Part shown: positions 8,988 to 17,481 of the stretch, piece after piece | Layout of the letters: every line of letters starts with the position of its first letter | Position numbering within the stretch: position 1 is the first letter of the stretch | From: an uncultured Poribacteria bacterium | Lineage (GTDB): Bacteria; Poribacteria; WGA-4E; WGA-3G | Direction: 5' to 3' | Length of the DNA stretch: 64,000 nucleotides | Assembly (NCBI GenBank): GCA_958296135.2 | Contig: CATQHZ020000001.1 | Location: 608,001-672,000, forward strand | Notes under the pieces: model-generated | Told to the model about the DNA's origin: nothing | The model's database searches: none | The model's input: the letters and a program-made list of their open reading frames with translations, nothing else | Made by a program: the position numbers and the translations under genes

Positions 8988-10007
8988 TTAGGGCTGTCCG
9001 GTCTGGATGTTTACCGCATTAAGTTTATTACGCAACGTCTTTCGGCTAATGCCCAAAACCGCCGCGGTTTTCGTCTGATTTCTACCCATTCGTTCGTAGG
9101 TATCTAGAATATACCGCTGTTCTGCTTCCGCCAGCGTGAGTCCAATTGGGGACATTTGCTGCAAGTGCTCTTGAGAGGACTGAATGTCTGTGCGTTGGAG
9201 ACTAGGTTTCCGAATTTTAATGGGGAGGTGCATCGGTAAGATAACGTCTCCTTGCGCGAAGACGATTGCACAGATGACAACTTTTCTCAACTCTCGGACG
9301 TTCCCGGGCCATGGGTAACTTTCAAGGAGTGCAAATGTCTCCGGTGCGATGCCGCCGGCTTCTCTCTGTAAACGTTGGCTCTCTTTTTCCAGAAAGTAGT
9401 CTACCAACAACGGGATGTCCCCGGTTCGTTCCCGTAGCGGCGGCAAATAGATACTAAACCCGTCCAACCGATAATAGAGATCTGGGCGAAAGGTGCCGGT
9501 CCTCACCGCTTCATCAAGGTTGCAGTTGGTGGCTGCCACAATTCGGATATCCACGTAAATCTTTTTTCTGCCGCCGATGTGTTCAATTTCGCCGCTCTCT
9601 AGGGCGCGGAGCAATTTGGGCTGAAGGAGGAGTGACAGTTCTCCGATTTCATCAAGGAATAATGTTCCCTTGTGTGCCTGTTCAAACTTACCGTGATGCT
9701 CTTTCTTGGCGTCCGTATATGCTCCGGCATCATGCCCGAACATTTCGTTCTCCATGAGTTCTGGGGGAATTGCTGCACAGTTCACCGTAATTTTCTGTGC
9801 TTGTGCGCGGCGGCTGTTTTCGTGCAAGGCATCTGCTACGAGCTCCTTGCCGGTGCCCGTTTCGCCGTGAATCATCACCGAGACAGGTAAGTCCGCGAAC
9901 AGATCGATTTGTTTGAGGATTTCGAGAATCTGTGGGCTGTTGCCAATGATGTCGGCATAATTGCCCTTCAGGGCATCTCTGGCGTTTTTCTGGGTTCTGT
10001 TTTTCAT
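8988..10007 (-). CDS. Sigma-54 enhancer-binding activator lacking an N-terminal sensor domain
   Basis: GETGTGKE, GAYTDA loop, LFLDEIGEL, WPGNVRELR and a Fis-type HTH. The AAA domain starts about 18 residues from the N-terminus. Confidence 0.92.
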   Translation of the reverse strand: MKNRTQKNARDALKGNYADIIGNSPQILEILKQIDLFADLPVSVMIHGETGTGKELVADALHENSRRAQAQKITVNCAAIPPELMENEMFGHDAGAYTDAKKEHHGKFEQAHKGTLFLDEIGELSLLLQPKLLRALESGEIEHIGGRKKIYVDIRIVAATNCNLDEAVRTGTFRPDLYYRLDGFSIYLPPLRERTGDIPLLVDYFLEKESQRLQREAGGIAPETFALLESYPWPGNVRELRKVVICAIVFAQGDVILPMHLPIKIRKPSLQRTDIQSSQEHLQQMSPIGLTLAEAEQRYILDTYERMGRNQTKTAAVLGISRKTLRNKLNAVNIQTGQP

Positions 10008-10085
10008 CGCTTTTCCTTTCTTTGGGCGAGTAGGGCTCGGCCTGAACGCGCTGCTTTTTTGGCGTGTTCGTCATCATTTGGGACT

Positions 10086-10113
10086 ATGATAACAGATTTT
10101 CAAAAAATGTCAA
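10086..10113 (-). promoter_or_regulatory. Sigma-70-type promoter of the 8988-10007 activator
   Basis: Minus strand TTGACA-N16-TATCAT. Confidence 0.55.
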
Positions 10114-10389
10114 GGAAAAACCCAAAAAGATTTTCGCTCGTGTCAAGAGAAAAGCGGCAGCTCGGCAAATCTTTTTAAAAGACAAACGCAGCGTCAAACG
10201 GATGACGCTGCGCTTGTTCTGGCACCTGTATAGAAACGCGTCTACAGTGACGACATGCTTGCTGTGTCTGACGCGTCGGTTGTATTCTCCACCTCTGAGC
10301 GTGCAGCTATATTGTGGACAGAACGGGAGAACCCTTCTGTCAGTGCCTTCGGTTCAGAGCAGTAAAGGAAAGCCGCTAGCGGCCTCCGG

Positions 10390-10766
10390 CTAATTACACG
10401 GCCCTCCAAGGAAGTGGTGGTAAGTGTCCGCATGGACGTTCGTCGTCATGTTGTGGGACGTGTGCTCATACACGGTTTTATAGTGCACAAGATAGACCGG
10501 AGTCCCATCTTCACTTCTTATCCATGTTCCCACCGCCACTTCTCGCGGGGTGGCCGGCGGGTGATTGTACGCCTCTTCGGTAGTGGTGAATCGGTTCTCC
10601 GTATAGCAATAGTTTCCATTGCTATCGAAGAAATGATGAGTCCCGGACCACTCATGTCGAACGTTCGGCGTTGCATTCGCTGGTTTAACCACGACAGACG
10701 AAGGTAGCGTGAACAGCGTAGCAACAAAGACGAGGAGAGCTAAGCCTCCAAGAAATTTTTCAACAT
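10390..10766 (-). CDS. Small secreted hypothetical protein; start frameshifted at an A5 run
   Basis: The ATG at 10766 follows AGGAGG but is one base out of frame with a signal peptide FLGGLALLVFVATLFTLPSSVVKPANA. One extra A gives MLKKFLGG... Confidence 0.55.
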
Positions 10767-11172
10767 TGTTCAGTCCTCCTTGACATAGAAGACGTTGGCT
10801 AATAGGTTAAAGGCGAGTCTAGGTTCGATTGACGTACAGTGGCGCATCTACTCTTTAGTATCACGCGATCCCAAAACACGTGGACAGAACCAATTTTCGC
10901 CTTTTGGGTTTATGACAGTTAGGACAGCGCAAATCTATCATCTCTAGTAGGTGCTCCTTGAAAAGGCACACGCCAAAATACAAGGGGTAAACCGCGCCTA
11001 CCGGATGCGTTCTGCGTCAGACCTGGACAAATTTCTGACAGGTTCCAGATATCCCTATAGTGCTACTTGTTTTGCAACACGCTTTGAGACTCGATTCTGG
11101 CGTAAAAAACCGGTTAAAACCGTTTTCTACCTCATTGGTTTGATTAAAGGTGGTGCAGCAGGATTTGGATTT

Positions 11173-11751
11173 TTACGCGTCTTCATCCCCTTCATCCTCT
11201 TCATCCACCTCGCCTTCTTGCCTCCTTTTCTGCTCGGCTCGTATTTTCTTTAGTTCCGCCTTGGCCTCACCTCTGGTTAGGCCCCGTTGTTCCATTAGTT
11301 GTTTAATGACAACTTCATCGCGAGCATTCACAGAGATGATATTGACTTGTCCGCCTTCTGCCCTCAGTTTTCGGTGGTGTTCGAGTGAGCGCAGCGTTGC
11401 TTCTCTCGGAAAGAGATGATAGAGTGCTTCAAGATAGCCGATGAATTCATCATGAGCTTGTGATAACCCTCGTCGCAGTTTGCGTTCGCCGTCCACGACG
11501 ATGTGGACCTGGGGGATATCTCCAAATCTCTTGAGCAGCACCGCACGATAATAGGTAAGGTATAACGCCGTGTTTTCTGTCAGGTACCAGTCTCGAGGGA
11601 CGACTATGGCTTCCTCTTCGGGGGAAGACACAGTGGCAATACGAAACGGCGATTCTGCAGCCTCCTCAGCGTCTCCGCAACCAAAAAATGCGGACAAACC
11701 GAAGAGACATACAAAATAAAAAAACGAGTGTAAGGTACGAAGGTTTTTCAT
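11173..11751 (-). CDS. Hypothetical lipoprotein
   Basis: Lipobox-like FFGC after a hydrophobic stretch, acidic C-terminus, RBS GAGG. Confidence 0.65.
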   Translation of the reverse strand: MKNLRTLHSFFYFVCLFGLSAFFGCGDAEEAAESPFRIATVSSPEEEAIVVPRDWYLTENTALYLTYYRAVLLKRFGDIPQVHIVVDGERKLRRGLSQAHDEFIGYLEALYHLFPREATLRSLEHHRKLRAEGGQVNIISVNARDEVVIKQLMEQRGLTRGEAKAELKKIRAEQKRRQEGEVDEEDEGDEDA

Positions 11752-11769
11752 TTTGGGTGCCTCTCGGAA

Positions 11770-12012
11770 ATGATATTGACTTGTCCGCCTTCTGCCCTCA
11801 GTTTTCGGTGGTGTTCGAGTGAGCGCAGCGTTGCTTCTCTCGGAAAGAGATGATAGAGTGCTTCAAGATAGCCGATGAATTCATCAACCGACATATCGCA
11901 TAGATACGGGTGCCTCGCGCATTTTCACACTGAGGCAAAATAACCCAATGGATACCTTTCTTACCAAGAACTGGATAAAAACTACCCATCGGCAGCTCAG
12001 CCCCGCGCGCCG
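11770..12012. repeat. Mosaic duplication: 11770-11886 copies 11336-11452, and about 11886-12012 resembles 13346-13472
   Basis: Direct comparison; the first block is identical over 117 nt and the second is similar but diverged. Confidence 0.9.
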
Positions 12013-12354
12013 TTTCGCAGCACCGCGCGGAAATATAGGGAACCCTCTTCTTTCCGAGGGAGGTGCCGCTGAAGGCATCTTCGTTGGCCAACAATGGACC
12101 GCGCGGCAGCAGCATTTTTCTCACCGCGTCGGGGGTGCCTAGCGAGCCTCCAGTCCTCACGGCGCGTTGAATCTTTTTTCACTGTTTACCCAGTAAAGCA
12201 AATCGCCAGGGTTGAGCGGCGTATCCCTCACCGCTCGCAAAATGAAATCGAGCCCCCCGAGGCTCTGGCATCGCGCGAAGAACCGCTTGCTATTTCTCCA
12301 GGGGGCACCACCGTGTCGGGCTCCGCCGTTTGAGGCAAAAACCCGTTCACGTTT

Positions 12355-13209
12355 TTACCGCCGTTTGATGGCTCCCCAGGTGGTGGTTAACTTCCCCCAG
12401 GGCCGCACCTCAAAAGAGTTGCCATGGTAGGTGAGATGGTGCCCATTCCCGCTCGCATCCATCAGACGCTCCGCCTCACCCCAACCATCAAAATGCCAAA
12501 GTGCAACCGTGTGCGCATCCGGTTCAAAAGGCGCACGCGGCACCTCAATCGTCTCTTGCCAAAAATGATGCTCCAAGTTCTCCCGGGGATACCGGACGAT
12601 AGAGGAGATGCGCACCTCGTCAATCACGCCCTCGGAGAAAATCGTGGAAGGCGGACCGTCTCTGGGAGCCGGGTCAAAACCGAGCACGGGCTCGCGGGCC
12701 CCGCCAATACACAGCGGCCCCGGCGTGTTTATAAAGCCCCGAAATCCATCCAGTGCCCCCTTGAGAACGGTATTCGCGACTTCCTGACGATATTCGGCCT
12801 CAAACATCACCGCAATATAGTGCCATTGATTTATCGGCAGCCTCCCATCAGGACTCACAAGGAATCCCCATGAACGGCTATGCCCCGGGCCGTTCATCCT
12901 GAGGTTCACCTGGTCTTCGGCCAGTCCGATTTCATAACTGCCGGCTTTGTAAACGAGGGCCCATATCTCGCCCGGCTCCCCTGTCGTGTCGTTAACATCT
13001 TTCAGGGGCCGTTTGAGATAAAACCACAATTCCAAGGTGAACCCAGTCCGGCCCAGTCTGAAATCCAAGTCAAGCCGGTCAGGGATAAAGGCATACTCCC
13101 CGGGCGCGCCAATCGTGAAGTATCCGCCGCCGGCAGGCGAGGGAGGAATAGCTGGGGCCGAGGCAACGCCCCCCAGTCCTAACAGTATGAGAAAAACGAG
13201 AACGCGCAT
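12355..13209 (-). CDS. Secreted LamG-like jellyroll protein
   Basis: Signal peptide, FTLELWF, WHYIAV, GVIDEVRISS, HTVALWHFD; tail EVRPWGKLTTTWGAIKRR. Confidence 0.8.
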   Translation of the reverse strand: MRVLVFLILLGLGGVASAPAIPPSPAGGGYFTIGAPGEYAFIPDRLDLDFRLGRTGFTLELWFYLKRPLKDVNDTTGEPGEIWALVYKAGSYEIGLAEDQVNLRMNGPGHSRSWGFLVSPDGRLPINQWHYIAVMFEAEYRQEVANTVLKGALDGFRGFINTPGPLCIGGAREPVLGFDPAPRDGPPSTIFSEGVIDEVRISSIVRYPRENLEHHFWQETIEVPRAPFEPDAHTVALWHFDGWGEAERLMDASGNGHHLTYHGNSFEVRPWGKLTTTWGAIKRR

Positions 13210-13329
13210 TGAAACGCTCCTTTTAGCAAGTGCCGGGTGTTCACAACGGAATATGGAATCATTAGCACAAGTCGTTTTACAATTTCGTTAGAGACTCTCA
13301 TTCTAAATTCTAATCTATTTTTAGTTTTA

Positions 13330-13344
13330 GCAAGTTTCGTGCCA
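13330..13344 (-). promoter_or_regulatory. Sigma-54 (-24/-12) promoter
   Basis: Minus strand TGGCACGaaacTTGC, an exact consensus, 121 nt upstream of the LamG gene start. Confidence 0.8.
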
Positions 13345-13489
13345 AAACCGACATATCGCATAGATACGGGTGCCTCGCGCATTTTCACACTGGGGCAAAA
13401 TAACTCAATGGATACCTTTTTACCCGATAATAGGCTAAAAATTACCCACTGCCACATCATGCCCGCGCGCCGTTGCGGCACGGTCGCGG

Positions 13490-13650
13490 GGGACAGCCCC
13501 CGCGCTGCGGTGAGAGAAAGTGCTCGCGGGGGGAACCCTCGGCGATTAGTGCTCGCCGGGCCCCCGCGCTACGGGGAGGGAAAGTGCTCGCGGGGGGAAC
13601 CCTCGGCGATTAGTGCTCGCCGGGCCCCCGCGCTACGGGGAGGGAAAGCG
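13490..13650. repeat. REP-like ~65-bp tandem repeat
   Basis: GAAAGTGCTCGCGGGGGGAACCCTCGGCGATTAGTGCTCGCCGGGCCCCCGCGCTACGGGGAGG occurs twice. Confidence 0.8.
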
Positions 13651-13684
13651 CGTTCTCAGCAGAGGAAGGATAGGCCTGTGACGT

Positions 13685-14761
13685 TCATGCATCTCTCTCC
13701 TGAAAAGTTCTCAATTTGTTGCGCAAGGTAGGGCGGCTCACGTCTAATACCGCCGCGGTCTTCGCCTGATTTCCGCCCATCCGTGCGAGGGTTTCCAAGA
13801 TGTATATCTTCTCTACCTCCTTCAAGGTTAACCCGACAGGGATAGTGACGGTTGGCTGGTTTTGGGCTGCGAGAACCGCCTGGTTCGTGTCGGGTGCATA
13901 AAGTTTTTGCGGTAAGTGCTCCGGCAAGATAATTTTGCCTTCGGAGAGGATGAGTGCGTGAGTGACGACCTTTTTCAACTCTCGGATGTTTCCGGGCCAG
14001 GCGTAATCTTGGAGAAGTTGGAACGTCTGCGCGGCGAATCTGCCTATGGGTTCATCGGTGGCTGGCCGGTGTGCGTGCGCCTTTAACCGCTCGCGCAACG
14101 GTGGCAGCCGCATAGAAAATCGCGTGAGTTGCGGTGGTTCTTGTGAGAAGTGTTCCACTAACTCTCGGATATCCGCTTTCCGTTCGCGCAGCGGCGGCAG
14201 AGAAATGGAAAACCCCTCAAGTCGGTGATAAAGGTCTGCCCGAAATGCCCCTTCGTGAACGAGTTGCTCTAAGTTATGGTTAGTTGCGGCGATAATTCGG
14301 ACATTGACAGGCATCATAGTTTTGCCGCCGACGCGTTCAATCTCGCCTTCTTCTAGCACGCGTAGCAACTTGGGTTGGAGCGACAGGGGCAGATCGCCGA
14401 TTTCATCGAGGAACAGTGTCCCCTTGTCGGCGCGTTCAAACTTTCCGATATGCTGCCGCTTCGCATCGGTAAAGGCCCCCTGCTCATGCCCAAACAGTTC
14501 GCTCTCTAGGAGGTTCTCCTGAAGCGTTGTGCAGTTGACGACGACGAGAGGTGCTGTTGCGCGGGGGCTGTTATTGTGCATGGCGCGCGCGACTAATTCC
14601 TTGCCTGTCCCGGTCTCGCCGTAAATCATCACCGAGACATCATGTCTTGCGAGCAACTCAATTTTTGTCAGGACTTCGAGAGTCTGTGGGCTGCTGCCGA
14701 TGATGTCGCTGTAATCCCCGTGCAATGACTCTCTTGTCCTCTCTGCTGTTTCATGTTGCAT
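13685..14761 (-). CDS. Sigma-54 enhancer-binding activator lacking an N-terminal sensor domain
   Basis: GETGTGKE, ESELFGHEQGAFTDA, LFLDEIGDL, WPGNIRELK and an HTH; paralogue of 8988-10007. Confidence 0.92.
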   Translation of the reverse strand: MQHETAERTRESLHGDYSDIIGSSPQTLEVLTKIELLARHDVSVMIYGETGTGKELVARAMHNNSPRATAPLVVVNCTTLQENLLESELFGHEQGAFTDAKRQHIGKFERADKGTLFLDEIGDLPLSLQPKLLRVLEEGEIERVGGKTMMPVNVRIIAATNHNLEQLVHEGAFRADLYHRLEGFSISLPPLRERKADIRELVEHFSQEPPQLTRFSMRLPPLRERLKAHAHRPATDEPIGRFAAQTFQLLQDYAWPGNIRELKKVVTHALILSEGKIILPEHLPQKLYAPDTNQAVLAAQNQPTVTIPVGLTLKEVEKIYILETLARMGGNQAKTAAVLDVSRPTLRNKLRTFQERDA

Positions 14762-14924
14762 GACTTATCCTGTTTCGTTTATTTCCCCGTTAGGCGCGGT
14801 TTGTAAGCGCGCACCGGTTCGGTTGCGCGCTTACGGGCGGATAGAGACATCCGCCGTGACACGCCCTGTCGCATACTGAAACGTGAGCAAAGCGCGCCTA
14901 CGGTTGGCCTCTAGGGCTGTCCGA

Positions 14925-17006
14925 TTATTGCAAACCGGTTGCAACCAGAGTGATGCGCACCGGTTCTTCGGCTTTCGATTCATCTTTGTAGTTAAGCCCG
15001 AAGATAACTTGTGCATCGGATGCGGCTTTCTGGATGCCCTGCATTGCGCTATCCAATTCGGCCATCATGAAATCCTGTGGTGCTACCAATTCTACCAGGA
15101 TTCCGGTGGCTTTGGCGAGATTCGCGCCTTCGAGGAGCGGCGAAGAGATAGCGTTTTCTGCTGCGATACGTCCGCGTTCCTCGCCTGTCGCCTGTCCGAT
15201 GCCTATCGCTGTCTTGCCCGGGACCCGTAGGACAGCTTCAACATCGGCGAAGTCAACGGTAACTTCATGCTCGAAATTCACGATGTTCCCGGTGATGAGT
15301 TGCACGCCTCGGCTGAGCATCTCGTCGCTGATGCGGAAGGCATCCTGCATTTCGATGTTCGCGTCACCGTCGTCACCTTCGTCAATGAGGTGTTGATTGG
15401 CGACAACGATGAGGGAATCAGCAGCGGTTTGGAGTTCTTTCACGCCGTTTTCGGCTTGCGTTGCGCGCGGTTCTCCCTCAGCCTTGAAGGGCCGTGTGAC
15501 TATTGCAACGGACAACACGCCGTATCTGCGTGCGAGCGATGCGATGCGCGGCGCGGCCCCGGTGCCGGTGCCGCCGCCCATGCCGGCCACGATGAGCACC
15601 ATGTCTGCGTCTGAGACGAGGGTTTCTAGTGCTGCGCTATCTTCTTCTGCGGCCTTTCGCCCAATGTCGGGGTTGCCGTCTGCACCAAGTCCGTTGGTGG
15701 CATCCTGCCCGAGCTGGATGGGTGTGACATCGTCGTAGGTGTCCAAGGCCCCGCGGTCTGTGTCAACGGCATAAAATTCGAGCCCGGCTAACCCAGCTTC
15801 ACGCATGCGGTTGACAGCGTTTCCGCCGGCGGTGCCGACACCGATAACTTTCACTGTTACTGGCGCAGCCTTCAATTTCATCGGCATGATGAGATAGGTT
15901 TGCCGTGATTCACCTACCGGCTTCGCGATGCCGGGATTTAATTCACCGGAGCAGTTCAGTTTGACGCTTTCGGCCTCCATACGTGAGAGTGCTCCCATCA
16001 GCAGCCGTGCATCAAACCCGATGCGCAGGTTCTTCGTGCAAGAGTCAACAGGGACGAGTTCGTGTGCTCTCCCTAGTCCCGGGGTCTTCGCCGAAATCCG
16101 AATGTGCTTATCCGCTTCGTTGATTTCCAAGCAGACGACACAGCCTTTTTTCGGTTCCGATAGCATGGAGATGCGGCGGACTGCCTGCAGCATCGCTTCG
16201 CGGTTGAAAACGGTGCGGACTTCCATCGCCCCGGGTTTCGGGATAATTTTCTCATAGTCCGGGTATTCGGCATCTATCAAGCGCGTTGTCAGCGTGGTGT
16301 GCTCATCGGCGACAATCAGACACCGCGTGGTGTTAAACGGGACTTGACTTTGGAAGAACGAAACGTTCACCGAGTCAGCCTGGGCGAAGGATTGGGCGAT
16401 TGCCTGCACGGCTTTGAGCGGCACAATGAAGCCTGTCACTCCTGGCGGGGGTGTCAGCGCGTCACAATGCACAAGTGCGAGTTGGCGGCCGTCCGTTGCG
16501 ACTACCTCCGTTCTATCTTCTCGGAAGTTAAAATAGAGCCCGCACAGCATTTTCCGTTCTTTTTCCTCGGTGGATGCTGCGAATTCGGTTTTGTGGATAA
16601 CGTCGCACAGCGTCTGAGGGTGGATGTCCAAGGTTTCCCCTTCAAACGTCGGGAGTGTCGGGAATTCTGTTGCGGGTAGCCCGATAATTGTGTAAACGCT
16701 GTTCCCACACGCCAACTTCACCAAGTTGTTCGTCGGCGTGGTGAGGTGGATATCCAGTTCTGGTAGCCCCTTAACGATGTCCGCCAATTTCTTGGCAGGG
16801 ACGGTAATCGCGCCATCTTCCTGAATAGTCCCATCGACTTTGGTGCGCACGCCTACTTCCGAGTCTGTGGCGGCGCATTCAATTTTCTCCGCGTCCGCCT
16901 TGATGAGGACGTTTGAAAGCATCGGCGAAGTATTGCGCCCATTTGCAATACCCTGCACTATCTGCAGCGAGTGCAAGAGGGGTTCCTTTTGAAACGTTAA
17001 TTTCAT
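14925..17006 (-). CDS. Fusion of DNA polymerase III beta clamp (DnaN, about aa 1-378) and FtsZ GTPase core (about aa 383-693)
   Basis: DnaN part: ATDSEVG, GAITVPAKKLADIVKGLP, VATDGRQLA, TRLIDAEYPDYEKIIP, YLIMPMKL. FtsZ part: KVIGVGTAGGNAVNRM, GLGADGNPDIGRKAAEE, AGMGGGTGTGAAP, VDFADV, ITLVATG. Single ORF with RBS AGGAG. Confidence 0.93.
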   Translation of the reverse strand: MKLTFQKEPLLHSLQIVQGIANGRNTSPMLSNVLIKADAEKIECAATDSEVGVRTKVDGTIQEDGAITVPAKKLADIVKGLPELDIHLTTPTNNLVKLACGNSVYTIIGLPATEFPTLPTFEGETLDIHPQTLCDVIHKTEFAASTEEKERKMLCGLYFNFREDRTEVVATDGRQLALVHCDALTPPPGVTGFIVPLKAVQAIAQSFAQADSVNVSFFQSQVPFNTTRCLIVADEHTTLTTRLIDAEYPDYEKIIPKPGAMEVRTVFNREAMLQAVRRISMLSEPKKGCVVCLEINEADKHIRISAKTPGLGRAHELVPVDSCTKNLRIGFDARLLMGALSRMEAESVKLNCSGELNPGIAKPVGESRQTYLIMPMKLKAAPVTVKVIGVGTAGGNAVNRMREAGLAGLEFYAVDTDRGALDTYDDVTPIQLGQDATNGLGADGNPDIGRKAAEEDSAALETLVSDADMVLIVAGMGGGTGTGAAPRIASLARRYGVLSVAIVTRPFKAEGEPRATQAENGVKELQTAADSLIVVANQHLIDEGDDGDANIEMQDAFRISDEMLSRGVQLITGNIVNFEHEVTVDFADVEAVLRVPGKTAIGIGQATGEERGRIAAENAISSPLLEGANLAKATGILVELVAPQDFMMAELDSAMQGIQKAASDAQVIFGLNYKDESKAEEPVRITLVATGLQ

Positions 17007-17064
17007 TTTTCAAATCTCCTATTTCTCAGTAGTTATCAAAAGAGGATGCCGCAGAACGAGTCCG

Positions 17065-17091
17065 GTAGGCGCGGTTTGTAAGCGCGCCTAC
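17065..17091. repeat. GTAG-type REP palindrome (representative of a dispersed family)
   Basis: GTAGGCGCGGTTTGTAAGCGCGCCTAC. Related copies near 6814, 8022, 14791, 28389, 33945, 41103, 44518, 47520, 56566 and 61912, mostly just after stop codons. Confidence 0.8.
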
Positions 17092-17131
17092 GGGGGTGAG
17101 TCGGCATCTGTCCTAACATATCTTAATAATA

Positions 17132-17146
17132 GCAATTTTCGTGCCA
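17132..17146 (-). promoter_or_regulatory. Sigma-54 (-24/-12) promoter of the DnaN-FtsZ gene
   Basis: Minus strand TGGCACGaaaaTTGC, an exact consensus, 126 nt upstream of the ATG. Confidence 0.82.
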
Positions 17147-17481
17147 CATTGAAACCTGCACGTTTACGGGAGAGTCACCTTCAAGTTGGGTAAAATTTTT
17201 ATCGATAAGGGAAAGAATTTTACCGCTGCGGTTAAAGCGCATCCTGTCCGCGGCCTTCCTAGTGCCATGTCATGTTTGAATTCTCAATGTATCGTCATCA
17301 TATCCGCCTGTTGCTCAGAATTACCCGTTTATTTCCAGAATTTTCAATGGGATAAAATTCACGGAGTGCCCGCGCTTGAAACTCCAACATTTTTCTGACA
17401 GGGAGAACTGAATCGTTCTGGACAAATTCTGTGTTTGTTGGTATCATAACATGAAGCAGCGAAAAGGAGGCAGGAAAACCG

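Noticed and set aside
11798-12160. 120-aa ORF
   Set aside because: It spans the duplicated mosaic in an alternative frame and is probably spurious.
17006-17480. Replication origin next to the dnaN-like gene
   Set aside because: No dnaA nearby and no cluster of TTATCCACA boxes seen; the region reads as divergent promoters.
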